Virus record (IMG/VR): IMGVR_UViG_3300021964_000039
Span: 1 to 64,000 of that record
Source: a virus
DNA: 64,000 bases
Strand: one strand, 5' to 3'
Below are positions 27,066 to 37,217 of this stretch, piece by piece. The stretch's first letter is position 1. Every line of letters begins with the position of its first letter. The notes beneath the pieces are model-generated. The model was not told the DNA's origin. It searched no databases and was given only the letters and a program-made list of their open reading frames with translations. Position numbers and translations under genes: made by a program.

Positions 27066-30000
27066 ATGGCAAAAAGAAAAATAGAAAATTATATATTTTA
27101 TCCGGGATTAGGATTAAACGATAATCTTTATCCTAACGCATACTGGTTATTAGAAAATAATAAATCTTTCATACAAGAAGAAGTTGTTGCATGGATACAA
27201 GCTCAAGTAGATGCTGGAGTAGTAGGGTTTGTTGGATATACTTATAATACAGAAAAATGTAAGAGAGACACTGGATATGTAATTGATGCTTGGTTAACTG
27301 ATTTAAGATATGGTGGAAATGCTAATATTTCTAAAGTTGTTAGTTACTATTGGGATCAAGATGTAGCACAAGTTGACGGAAGTCGTACTCCAGAAATTGA
27401 AGTTTATAAGTTTCTTAAAGACACATTAATTACAAATCATATTTTAACAAATAACAGCTATAGTGCGTCTAATACAGTACTTCCTCAAGTTATAGATACT
27501 AATTACACATCGGAATCTGGAGCATCTAATAGAATTATTGAATTAGCAAATATAGTTATAAATGTTATTACAACAGGACTAAGTGCGCTACCTAGCACAA
27601 TATTTACAGGTGTAGGTCATATAAAGATGCCTGGAAAATATAGGCTAGAAGATCTTTTAATTATCACAGATGCTACTGCTAACGAAATTATTTACAATTT
27701 TGCAGCACCTGGATTAGGTGGCTCAGTCACATACGAAAAAAAATCAGACGACGATTTCCCTACATTTATTGATACAGCAGATTATGTAACCACACTTAAA
27801 TTACAAAAAAATACGGCATCTTCTAGTGCAGATAATGAAATACAATTATTTTCGGAAGAAAAAGAAATACGTACAAGACCTTTTGATTTTGGCACTGATG
27901 CTATTGAACGTATGCGTATTGCGCCTCCGCTATCAATGCTTGACGCTGACTTTGAGTACGGCTTACAGCCTACTAAATGGAGTGCTATTGGCATAATGCG
28001 CGGGTACCCTAGTGTGTACGAAATACCTGGGACAGATTTAGATATAGTCTCAGTTACTACTGATGCTTCAGCAGGAACTGGCGGAGTTGGCCAATCAAAG
28101 ATTACTGTTACGACAGTGTCTAAACATAATTATACCAATGAAACAGCAGTGGTAATTAAAGGCCTTGAACCAGGTATAAGTGGTGCTTTACGAGCTGAAG
28201 GAAGTTTTGTTCTAACTGATGTTATAGATGAATTTACATTTACTTATTTTGCAAAATCGAAAGTGGGATCTGCTCAAGGAGAAGATTTAGGTACTAATTT
28301 TACCTTGCTAAGGGAAGCAGGTTTTTATACAGGATCAGCAATAGGTAGCCCAGATTGGACTATAATTAGCCAAGGTACTAGTGGAAATATAACCCCGCAG
28401 TTTGCTTCACCTTTAGGTAGTACAAGATTAACAATGGTGTCAGGCAGTGATGTCCCTGAATTAGGAGCACCAATATCAAACCCTACGTATTTTCCTACTG
28501 GCACACAAGTTACAGGTGTAACAGGAACAGATGGTATTAACTTTGTAGGGTTACCTGGAGCAGATATTAACGCAGGAGATACAATAGCAACTTTCGGTGA
28601 CGTATCAGGAATACAAATAGGTCATGCTGTTGATAACGGAACTGGAGATGCACTTTTTGTGACTAATGTAGCTGGAAACAGTGTTACATTTGATCAGCAA
28701 TTTACAGACACATTTACAGCTGCGTACGGAGAATTTACAGGAGTTTCGGGAACTACAGTAGCAGGTACTGGAGCAGGAGCTCAATTTGATATAAGTAAAT
28801 CAGGCAATGTATATTCTATAGACGGAATAAATGGCGGAGCATCTTATAAGAAAGGTGACGCAATATTATTACCTGGCGATCTGTTAGGAGGTTCTACTCC
28901 AACAAATGATGCAACAGTAGTAGTTACTAGTGTAACAGGAGGATCAATCACAACAGCCGACATAACAGGCACTGCTTTTTCCGGAGATTTAGTATATACA
29001 GGAATAACATTAGGATATCAAAACGGAAATGGTAATGGTCCTGTAGATTTTGACGTCACTTTAGAAGATAATGTCTATTCTGTTACAGTTTCTTCACCTA
29101 ACACGAGTACAGGTTTTGCACAAGGAGATCTTCTTTTTATACAAGGAACTTCGTTCCCTCCAACAGGAAATGCAAGTAATGATTTAACTATTAAAGTTAC
29201 TAGTGTAGGAGCCAGCGGAGAAATTTTAAATGTTACAGCAAGTGGTACTGCGCCAGATGTAGAAGTTGACTATGCTAGTGTTTCTTACACAACTACCGGA
29301 GCAGGTGTAGGTTTAGATATTGATGTGCAAAAGCAAGGTGTAATATATTCAAACGTATTCTTAAGAAGTGCAGGTAGCGGATTTACTACAAGTGATACTG
29401 TAACAATTAGTGGTGTAGATCTAGGAGGTATTACACCTGATAATGACATCAAGTTACGAATAGTTGAAGTAGATGGATCGGGTGCAATTATTAGTTTTGA
29501 TGTAGAAGGTACTGATTTATCAAGTGCTGCTGTTGCTGCTAATAGAGACACGGTATTCAAGACAGCACAAATATTGTCTGGAGTAAATGCCGAATTTGAA
29601 ATAACTAATGACGGAACAATTTACACAGTAAGTGACATAACAAACGCAGGAACGGATTACGGCACAGACCAAACATTCCTAATTCCTGGTACTGTACTAG
29701 GAGGTGCAACTCCTACAAACGACCTAACATTACAAATAACTCAAGTGGACGGAAATGGAGCTATTATTTCAGTGACACCGAGCGGAGTGTCACCGGCAAT
29801 TCCTTCGTCATTTACCAATATTACAGGAGTTAATTTGCCAAATAACGGAGCTGGTGCAACGTTTGACATTGTAAACAGCAACGGAACCTATACTATCACT
29901 GTTAATGAAGCGGGTTTAAACTATCGTGAAGGCAATCAAATTAGCATTGACGGTGCTGATCTAGGAGGTGCCAATCCTGCAAATAACGCAACTGTTACAG

Positions 30001-32885
30001 TACAAACAACTACTATTACTGACGGTGTCGGAACTGCAACAATCACAGGTTCAGGATTTATAGGCAATACTATAAACTTTATTGGTTCTGTGACTTTGAG
30101 TGAACCATCTATACTAGCAGTACCATCACTAACAAACATTAATTTTGAAGCCTTAGCAACAATACAAGTTACTTGGCCATATGCTCATGGACTTATTCCG
30201 GGCAATAGCTTTATTGTTACCCAAACTAGTGATGATAACTCAAATAATCACGATTTGGTTGCAGGATCATACCTTGTAACAAGTGTGCCTGCAAGTAATG
30301 TTATTACCTATCAAGCAAGAGCTGAAGGATTTATAGATGATACTGGTATTGATAGTACAGGAACTAGTGCTGGAGTAGGAACAATTGAGGCTACTATATA
30401 TCCTAGACCTGATAGCTTTTTTGTACATAGACCATTTGATGGGGGCGTACAATTAGGCACAGGCGGACCGCAACACGGTGCACAGGCAATTCGTCAGAGC
30501 AAGAAATATATTCGTTATCAGTCAGGTAAAGGTATTATGTACACAACTGGTGCACTATTTGCACCAAGTTATGATTTGTTAAGTGTTACAGCAGATGGTG
30601 TAGAAGTAGGGGCAACAATAACTTGCGTAACAGACGATACAGATCACGGATTACAAATCGGCGGCATTGTGCGATTAATAGGTATTAATACTCCGGGATA
30701 TAATAGTGGTGCAGAAACTGCTGTACCGCCACAATTTGATTATACTGTTACTAATATTATAGATGAAAGAACATTTACAATTACAGCACAACGTAGACTA
30801 GGACACAATATTGCAGAACTAGGATTCGGAGCACAAGTTAGTGTTGTAGAATGGCATGGAGCTACAGTACGTTCAGGAATATTTGACGATCAAAACGGTA
30901 TTTTTTGGGAATATGACGGAAGAAATTTAAATGTAGTGCAGAGAACCGCTACAAGACAGCTTGCAGGTACTATTTCATGTACATCTGACAGCAATTTAAT
31001 AATAGGCACTAACACAAGATTTAGAGATCAGATCAAAGCAGGAGATAGGATTGTTATCAAGGGTATGACCCATGTAGTCACCAATTGTGTTAATCAAACA
31101 AGAATGACTGTAACTCCAGACTTTAGGGGTGTTAGTAACGTAACAGCCGCAAAGGCAAGTTTGATTGTTGACAAAAAAATTAGACAAGATGAGTGGAACT
31201 TGGACAAATTAGATGGCAACGGACCTAGCGGTTATGATATGGATCCAGCAAAGATGCAGATGATTGGAATACAATATTCATGGTATGGTGCAGGATTTAT
31301 TGATTATATGGTCAGAGGTAGTGATGGTAATTTTGTTTACTGCCACAGAATCAGAAATTCAAACGTAAATACCGAAGCATATATGAGGTCAGGTAACTTA
31401 CCAGTTCGTTATGAAGTAACTAATGAGGGTACACCTGGAAAACTACGGTCTAACATGTCTATATCAGATAATATTATACCACTTGAAGATGCAAGTTTCT
31501 TTCCTAATTCAGGCACTGTTTACATAGATAACGAGATGATGAGATATACAAACAAAGCAGGTAATGATCTAATTGGCGTAACAAGAAGTGCAACATTAAC
31601 AAACTTTTCCAGTGGAGCAACTCGTAACTATACAGCAGGACCTGCTGATGCACATGCAGATAATACTGGCGTAGTTCTAATTAGTAATACTATTACTCCT
31701 AACATTAGTCACTGGGGTAGTGCTTTCATTACAGACGGTAATTTTGATGATGACAGAGGATATATTTTCTCATACACAGAATCCGCACTAGAAATTAGTA
31801 CTACTAGAAGGTCAGCATTTCTAATGCGACTTGCACCTAGTGTTAGTAACGCTATTGTAGGAGATCTAGGAGAACGTGACCTACTTAATAGAGCACAGTT
31901 ATTACTACAAGGTATTGAGATTACATCAGATGGTTTTGATGGTTCTAATAATCCAATTCAAGGTGGTATTGTTGTTGAAGGCATACTCAATCCAAAAAAT
32001 TATCCTGTCAATCCTGACGACGTTGTGTGGTCAGGACTAAGCACACAGGCCCAAGGTGGTCAGCCTAGCTTTACCCAGATTGCATCTGGAGGCGGTATTA
32101 ACTGGACAGGTGGAGCAACACAAACTACTGCTGCTGTAAACTATCAGGGCGATATGACGGTAACAGGTATTCAAAATAGTTTTGAAGTTGATGCACAAGG
32201 CCAAGGTAGAGATGACTATGTTTGGGTTTTAGATAGTGTAATCCAGGCACAGGGTTTGCGAGCTGGCATGGTATGTAATACACCGCCATTTAACGGATTG
32301 AGGGTAACTGGTATTGGTAATTTAGATCCTGCCTTCGGAGACAGGCAACTCTTCTTTACCAACGACGCATCTAACACAGGCACAACTTATCCTCCTGGTG
32401 CTTTAAGCCTTTCATTTACATTTGCTACTGCACAAGGAAAAACTCCTGTAGCATATTTTGAAAAAGCCAGCTGGGATGCTAGTAATGCAGATGCTAACAC
32501 TGAAGTTGATCCAGCAGACACACAGTTTCCTGCAGGTACTACGGTAAACACTATTAGTAATCAAAAATTTGGTTCTACTGAATATGTAGAAGTTACATTT
32601 AACAATAGTTCAACTACCACTTTACAGGGCGGCAGCACTGTTACATTCCTATTTGGACAACCTGCATACGCACAACCAGGAGAAACTGTATTTTCATTTA
32701 TTGCACAACCAGGAGAGCGGGCCGATTTGACGTTAGAGTCTCTTAAGGAATTAACAAACACCACACTAGGTGGTAGAGGTACTTTCCCTAATGGTCCTGA
32801 CGTACTTGCTATTAATATATATAAAGTTTCAGGATCAGCTACAAATGGTAATCTAATTATACGTTGGGGAGAGGCTCAGGCTTAG
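27066..32885 (+). CDS. 1939-aa virion structural protein
   Basis: Thr/Gly-rich beta protein with DADFEYGLQPTKW and RQSKKYIRYQSGKG motifs and about 5 internal LGGxTPxND repeats. Confidence 0.7.
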   Translation: MAKRKIENYIFYPGLGLNDNLYPNAYWLLENNKSFIQEEVVAWIQAQVDAGVVGFVGYTYNTEKCKRDTGYVIDAWLTDLRYGGNANISKVVSYYWDQDVAQVDGSRTPEIEVYKFLKDTLITNHILTNNSYSASNTVLPQVIDTNYTSESGASNRIIELANIVINVITTGLSALPSTIFTGVGHIKMPGKYRLEDLLIITDATANEIIYNFAAPGLGGSVTYEKKSDDDFPTFIDTADYVTTLKLQKNTASSSADNEIQLFSEEKEIRTRPFDFGTDAIERMRIAPPLSMLDADFEYGLQPTKWSAIGIMRGYPSVYEIPGTDLDIVSVTTDASAGTGGVGQSKITVTTVSKHNYTNETAVVIKGLEPGISGALRAEGSFVLTDVIDEFTFTYFAKSKVGSAQGEDLGTNFTLLREAGFYTGSAIGSPDWTIISQGTSGNITPQFASPLGSTRLTMVSGSDVPELGAPISNPTYFPTGTQVTGVTGTDGINFVGLPGADINAGDTIATFGDVSGIQIGHAVDNGTGDALFVTNVAGNSVTFDQQFTDTFTAAYGEFTGVSGTTVAGTGAGAQFDISKSGNVYSIDGINGGASYKKGDAILLPGDLLGGSTPTNDATVVVTSVTGGSITTADITGTAFSGDLVYTGITLGYQNGNGNGPVDFDVTLEDNVYSVTVSSPNTSTGFAQGDLLFIQGTSFPPTGNASNDLTIKVTSVGASGEILNVTASGTAPDVEVDYASVSYTTTGAGVGLDIDVQKQGVIYSNVFLRSAGSGFTTSDTVTISGVDLGGITPDNDIKLRIVEVDGSGAIISFDVEGTDLSSAAVAANRDTVFKTAQILSGVNAEFEITNDGTIYTVSDITNAGTDYGTDQTFLIPGTVLGGATPTNDLTLQITQVDGNGAIISVTPSGVSPAIPSSFTNITGVNLPNNGAGATFDIVNSNGTYTITVNEAGLNYREGNQISIDGADLGGANPANNATVTVQTTTITDGVGTATITGSGFIGNTINFIGSVTLSEPSILAVPSLTNINFEALATIQVTWPYAHGLIPGNSFIVTQTSDDNSNNHDLVAGSYLVTSVPASNVITYQARAEGFIDDTGIDSTGTSAGVGTIEATIYPRPDSFFVHRPFDGGVQLGTGGPQHGAQAIRQSKKYIRYQSGKGIMYTTGALFAPSYDLLSVTADGVEVGATITCVTDDTDHGLQIGGIVRLIGINTPGYNSGAETAVPPQFDYTVTNIIDERTFTITAQRRLGHNIAELGFGAQVSVVEWHGATVRSGIFDDQNGIFWEYDGRNLNVVQRTATRQLAGTISCTSDSNLIIGTNTRFRDQIKAGDRIVIKGMTHVVTNCVNQTRMTVTPDFRGVSNVTAAKASLIVDKKIRQDEWNLDKLDGNGPSGYDMDPAKMQMIGIQYSWYGAGFIDYMVRGSDGNFVYCHRIRNSNVNTEAYMRSGNLPVRYEVTNEGTPGKLRSNMSISDNIIPLEDASFFPNSGTVYIDNEMMRYTNKAGNDLIGVTRSATLTNFSSGATRNYTAGPADAHADNTGVVLISNTITPNISHWGSAFITDGNFDDDRGYIFSYTESALEISTTRRSAFLMRLAPSVSNAIVGDLGERDLLNRAQLLLQGIEITSDGFDGSNNPIQGGIVVEGILNPKNYPVNPDDVVWSGLSTQAQGGQPSFTQIASGGGINWTGGATQTTAAVNYQGDMTVTGIQNSFEVDAQGQGRDDYVWVLDSVIQAQGLRAGMVCNTPPFNGLRVTGIGNLDPAFGDRQLFFTNDASNTGTTYPPGALSLSFTFATAQGKTPVAYFEKASWDASNADANTEVDPADTQFPAGTTVNTISNQKFGSTEYVEVTFNNSSTTTLQGGSTVTFLFGQPAYAQPGETVFSFIAQPGERADLTLESLKELTNTTLGGRGTFPNGPDVLAINIYKVSGSATNGNLIIRWGEAQA
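28760..30060 (+). repeat. About 5 internal ~85-aa protein repeats (G..LGG.TP.ND.T..V..V...G.I)
   Basis: LLGGSTPTND, FPPTGNASND, DLGGITPDND, VLGGATPTND, DLGGANPANN in the translation. Confidence 0.6.
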
Positions 32886-33249
32886 GCTTTTGACTATCTC
32901 CAGGACCAATTCTGTAGTTATCTTCTACACTATCTGCGGTGCTTACTTCTGTAATACTACTGTTAGGCATCATTGCTTCTAATTGATGAGGCATCAATGG
33001 AGGATTGTGCCAAGTATCGCCTTCCTTTAAATGTACCTGCTTTAGTTCTGCTGTTTCGGTGTCAATATACCTTAACAAAAATTGTCCGCTGTTTACAAAC
33101 CATGTTTCGTCTTTTTCTTTATGAAAATGCATACTAAATTTATTACCTGGTTTGGTAAACACTAACAGTTTACCGCAATAATTTTCAGTAGAAGCAAAAA
33201 TTAATTCATATCCCCAACCCTTTTCAACCATACCGCTTAGTCTTGTCAT
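32857..33249 (-). CDS. Cupin, sugar-phosphate isomerase-like
   Basis: KGWGYE, FSMHFH..KDETW, PHQL, EVST..DNYR; last gene of the hldE-hldD operon. Confidence 0.7.
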   Translation of the reverse strand: MTRLSGMVEKGWGYELIFASTENYCGKLLVFTKPGNKFSMHFHKEKDETWFVNSGQFLLRYIDTETAELKQVHLKEGDTWHNPPLMPHQLEAMMPNSSITEVSTADSVEDNYRIGPGDSQKPKPEPLPNV

Positions 33250-34061
33250 TTTGTGTCCTCTTTTATATAATCTAGCACATTTGTAAATTTGTAATCTATG
33301 TGAGACTTTAATTTATCCAAGTTCGCACATGTATAATATTGATATTGCGATTTTAGTTGCTCAGGCATCGGTATATAATTGATATTACAATTATACTTTT
33401 TCTCATATGCTTTTGCTATGCTTTCAAAACTGGTAGGTAATCCTGTCCCTAAATTAAATATTCCTGATACATCTTTTGACATAAATTGTTCATGAATGTT
33501 GCAGACGTCGCCTACATATACAAAATCTCTTTTACATTCACTACTATTTTCAAATAATACAATTTCGCCTTCTTGGGCTTGTTTTTTAAATTTACTAATG
33601 GGGCTTGCTTGATCTAATTTGTGATCCTCGTGCGGACCATAAACATTAAAGTATCTAAATCCTTGAACTAAGATGTCAAAGTCATTGTGGAGAGTTACAA
33701 ATCTATCAAACAAATATTTGCTCCAAGCATAAGGACTTTGAGGCAATAATGGAGCATCTTCTACAAAATGCTTCCATGGTCCATATACACTTGCACTACT
33801 AGCATACTGCAAATTAGTACCTTGCATATCACAAATTTGTAGTAACCTCATACTAAAGTCCAGATTCTGTTGCATTACAAGCTCAACGTCTGTTTCAGTT
33901 GTACTGCTAATCGCACCTAAATGAACAACCCAATCATAAGCAGAACAGTCAGGAACTGTGTTAGGTACGTAATCCCAAACTTCAACATCATGCGATGCTT
34001 GGAGATGTGCAACCATATTTTGTCCAATGAAGCCTTGATGTCCTGTAATGAGTATTTTCAT
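33246..34061 (-). CDS. hldD: ADP-L-glycero-D-manno-heptose 6-epimerase
   Basis: ITG..GFIG, HLGAISSTTE, YASSASVYG, YAWSK, FRYFNVYGPHEDHK, RDFVYV, YQYYTCA. Confidence 0.9.
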   Translation of the reverse strand: MKILITGHQGFIGQNMVAHLQASHDVEVWDYVPNTVPDCSAYDWVVHLGAISSTTETDVELVMQQNLDFSMRLLQICDMQGTNLQYASSASVYGPWKHFVEDAPLLPQSPYAWSKYLFDRFVTLHNDFDILVQGFRYFNVYGPHEDHKLDQASPISKFKKQAQEGEIVLFENSSECKRDFVYVGDVCNIHEQFMSKDVSGIFNLGTGLPTSFESIAKAYEKKYNCNINYIPMPEQLKSQYQYYTCANLDKLKSHIDYKFTNVLDYIKEDTK

Positions 34062-35305
34062 GCTTGGTACCTTTTAAGAATATTTGTTGTACTATAGTTT
34101 TCTCTATGAGGAAATATTATAACCTGGGCAATATCGCTGCCAACAACTTCTTCTGAATTATAGTCTCCGCCCTTCACTATAACATCTGGTTCTAATTCCT
34201 TAATTAATTTATACGGAGTGTCTTCATCAAAAATAATAACTTCGTCTGCAATGTTTAAACTTTCAATAAACTCTTTACGTTCTTGTTGATTTAATTTTGG
34301 CCTATTAGGACCTTTTAACCTACGTATGCTTTCGTCGCTGTTTATACCTACTATAAGGCGGCGTCCTTTACTCTTTGCAAACTTTAGTAATTCAATATGT
34401 CCTACGTGTATAATATCAAAACAACCATTAGTAAATACTATGCCTGTATTAAGATAATCTTTTGTAACAGCAACTACACCTCTTTGTTCTACTGTTCTAG
34501 CACTAGCATAGCAAGCCTTACGACATGCTCCTGGTATATCAATACCTTGTTGATATAGATGTGCTATTACAGCTAGTACTGTATCTCCTGCACCTGTAAC
34601 ATCTGCAACTTCAATTGCTTCTTCTTTGTAGTGCCAAGTTTCTCCTAGTTTATTAACAACATAAAGACCATCGGAACCTGCTGTAATTACTAACCAACTC
34701 CAGTTAAATTCTAATAATTTTTGTTTAGCAATTTCAATATTAAACTTTCCGAACCACTGCTCATATTCTTTCATATTAGGTTTAATTAGGAAAACATTTC
34801 TATAAATTTCTGGTCCTTGTTTAGGATCAACAAATACATTTTTTGTAATATTTACAATTTGGGTAATTAAATCATAATCAACAGTGCCTTTATTATAATC
34901 ACTTATAAGAACGGTATCTTCTTTAGACAAGCCTCTGATGAGACGTTCACGTATATTACCGTTGTAATGATCTTCTCTATCCCAGCGCATAATATGTTGG
35001 CCGTTAGATCCAACTAATCTAGTTTTGGTAGTTGTAACCAAAGCATCATGATCTATCTCGGCTTGAAGATTAGTATTTCCAACTAACTCGATTATTTTGT
35101 ATCCTTCTTTATCGGATGCAATAGCACCAAATAGAGATACATTATTATCCAATGAAAATAAGTTTACTGCTAAATTTCCTGCACCTCCTAAACTAAATGT
35201 TTGAGATTCTTCTAGCAAAATTGGAACAGGAGCTTCAGGACTTATTCGGGTCGTGGACCCTGTAATCCACCTATCTAACATTAAATCACCGTAAACTTTA
35301 AACAT
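34058..35305 (-). CDS. hldE: Bifunctional heptose-7-phosphate kinase / heptose-1-phosphate adenylyltransferase
   Basis: GDLMLD, RISPEAPVP, GGAGN, SDYNKG, DVTGAGDT (kinase) plus FTNGCFDIIHVGH, GINSDES.RRLKG..RP, KGGDY, YSTT (nucleotidyltransferase). Confidence 0.93.
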   Translation of the reverse strand: MFKVYGDLMLDRWITGSTTRISPEAPVPILLEESQTFSLGGAGNLAVNLFSLDNNVSLFGAIASDKEGYKIIELVGNTNLQAEIDHDALVTTTKTRLVGSNGQHIMRWDREDHYNGNIRERLIRGLSKEDTVLISDYNKGTVDYDLITQIVNITKNVFVDPKQGPEIYRNVFLIKPNMKEYEQWFGKFNIEIAKQKLLEFNWSWLVITAGSDGLYVVNKLGETWHYKEEAIEVADVTGAGDTVLAVIAHLYQQGIDIPGACRKACYASARTVEQRGVVAVTKDYLNTGIVFTNGCFDIIHVGHIELLKFAKSKGRRLIVGINSDESIRRLKGPNRPKLNQQERKEFIESLNIADEVIIFDEDTPYKLIKELEPDVIVKGGDYNSEEVVGSDIAQVIIFPHRENYSTTNILKRYQA

Positions 35306-35311
35306 ATTTTA

Positions 35312-35340
35312 ATTATACACTTTTTGTTAACTTTAGTCAA
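35312..35340 (-). promoter_or_regulatory. sigma70-type promoter for the hldE operon (TTGACT-17-TATAAT), probably leaderless
   Basis: Minus strand TTGACT (35340-35335), 17-bp spacer, TATAAT (35317-35312), then 6 nt to the ATG; no SD. Confidence 0.75.
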
Positions 35341-35773
35341 GCATAGATAAGACGTCTATTACAGTTTGTAGCTTTGTTTGATTTGTTTTGTTTTGTAAAG
35401 TATTACGCAAACCTTGATGTAAAGGTTTTGGCCACGAACCTAAACTTACCCAAGCGTAACCAGTATGTTCGTCATTTAATAAAGGTATAAATTCGTTATC
35501 TACTAAACAAAGGTAAGTATGAAAAAGGAATTTTTCATCATTAGAAATAAATGTTTCTAGAGGAATAGTTTTGAGTATTTTATGGCTATTGCCTATTTCT
35601 TCTATGATTTCTCGTTGTAACCCCTCCCAAGGTGTTTCGTGGTCTTCTGTTGTACCACCTACTAACCCCCAAAGATTATTTTGTTTGCCTTTTGCTCTAT
35701 AAAGGAAGAGAAATCTCTCTGTAGATTTACTGAAAAAAAGTGCACCACTACATACTATCTTACTATCTTGCAT
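35333..35773 (-). CDS. NUDIX hydrolase
   Basis: WGLVGG...HETPWEGLQREIIEEIG Nudix box and LNDEH. Start placed at MQDSK to avoid overlap (ORF track begins at 35824). Confidence 0.85.
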   Translation of the reverse strand: MQDSKIVCSGALFFSKSTERFLFLYRAKGKQNNLWGLVGGTTEDHETPWEGLQREIIEEIGNSHKILKTIPLETFISNDEKFLFHTYLCLVDNEFIPLLNDEHTGYAWVSLGSWPKPLHQGLRNTLQNKTNQTKLQTVIDVLSMLD

Positions 35774-35783
35774 ATAGTAATTA

Positions 35784-37214
35784 TCAAGAGAGCGAAATTC
35801 TCCAACTGCCTCTTGGATAGTCACCGTCTACACTTAACAACCATTCATTACCATTCCATCTATATTGTGTGCTGGTATTAATATTTGTTGTATATACAGG
35901 AGTATATGCACTATCATCAATATTATTTTCACTGGAATCAAATACTATACGCCAATTGTTTCCATTCCATTCAATAATATCATTTGCACCTGCAACAAAA
36001 TCTGTGCCATCTGCATTTTTCCATGCATCCGGACCATCAGTGTTTTCATCGCTGCCTATATTTTCTAATAATAATAATCTTATACCATTTGATTTTATAT
36101 TAGAAGGATTGAAATTAGTAGGATCTATAATATAATCCACTGTTGTTTTACCCTCAATAGTACTATTATCTGGATAAGTGTCTGTGTCCCAATTAATAGA
36201 AAGTTTTGTCGGATCTATCAAATTAAGACTAAATGTACCCACAATTTGATTGCCGGTGTCAATTTGTGTTAGATAAATTGTACTCACGCCTGCACTATAA
36301 CTGCCAGGGTGTGCATCTAACACTCCTCGCCAATCAATATTACCTACTACATTTTTGTCAATGATTTGTGCAGTATCACCATCAATATACACACCATAAT
36401 TTTGATAGTTAGTTGCTTCTACTTGTGTTGTGTAATCTGTTTGAGCTATTACACCTCCGAAATCGTTACGTACCTTGCCTGATTTTATACTATCGTCGTA
36501 TGCAATAACATCAGGCATGCTAAGTCCTAGATCAATTTCACCTGTGTCTTCATTGAATATACTTGCAATTATATTTGTTACTACTCCTAACTTTTTAACC
36601 TTTACAGGTGGAGATATGTATATAGGTGTAGAAAATTGTAGTGTTGCAATATCTATTTCAGAATCAACTCCTACCGGAATACTTCTATTACTAAATGTTA
36701 CATCCTCTAAATTCACAACTGTCAAACTTGTCCAATCTACAAAATTGTCAGTGGTTTGGATTTCTAAACTAGGATTAAACAACGTTAGTATTTGTTCAAG
36801 TATCTGAAGTTTTTGTTCTGTATTTGTACTCCAAATATCAGCATTTATTGTAAGAGTATACGGGGTAGGCATCAAACGTTCAACTGTATAGTTCTTTCCC
36901 TGGTAATCTAAATACTCTTCGCTATTTTCATCATATGCACGTTCCCGTATGTGTAGTTTACTTACATAACTAGCATCGGCTGTTCTTTCTCTATCCATAG
37001 CCAAATTATTAATATGTATTGCTATACGAGGAGCAGACGGAATTTTATTTTCGCTATTGTCTCTGATAATACCAGCAACTTGTCTAGTTAAGTCACCATA
37101 TGTTACTGGTATTTTTGTAAGATTTCCCTTACCATCAGAATACTCAAAATTACTCAAAAGTCTAACCATTTGAGTAACATAACGTCTAATCTGTCCGTCG
37201 TAGAAATACTGCAT
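35784..37214 (-). CDS. gp15: Tail terminator / sheath stabilizer, T4 gp15-like, with C-terminal extension
   Basis: MQYFYDGQIRRY, KIPVTYG, PTPYTL, QILEQIL..FNP. Confidence 0.7.
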   Translation of the reverse strand: MQYFYDGQIRRYVTQMVRLLSNFEYSDGKGNLTKIPVTYGDLTRQVAGIIRDNSENKIPSAPRIAIHINNLAMDRERTADASYVSKLHIRERAYDENSEEYLDYQGKNYTVERLMPTPYTLTINADIWSTNTEQKLQILEQILTLFNPSLEIQTTDNFVDWTSLTVVNLEDVTFSNRSIPVGVDSEIDIATLQFSTPIYISPPVKVKKLGVVTNIIASIFNEDTGEIDLGLSMPDVIAYDDSIKSGKVRNDFGGVIAQTDYTTQVEATNYQNYGVYIDGDTAQIIDKNVVGNIDWRGVLDAHPGSYSAGVSTIYLTQIDTGNQIVGTFSLNLIDPTKLSINWDTDTYPDNSTIEGKTTVDYIIDPTNFNPSNIKSNGIRLLLLENIGSDENTDGPDAWKNADGTDFVAGANDIIEWNGNNWRIVFDSSENNIDDSAYTPVYTTNINTSTQYRWNGNEWLLSVDGDYPRGSWRISLS

Positions 37215-37217
37215 AAC

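Noticed and set aside
32857-35305. Host chromosomal LPS operon (prophage boundary or chimeric assembly)
   Set aside because: Flanked on both sides by phage structural genes with similar base composition; no att site, integrase or host housekeeping genes
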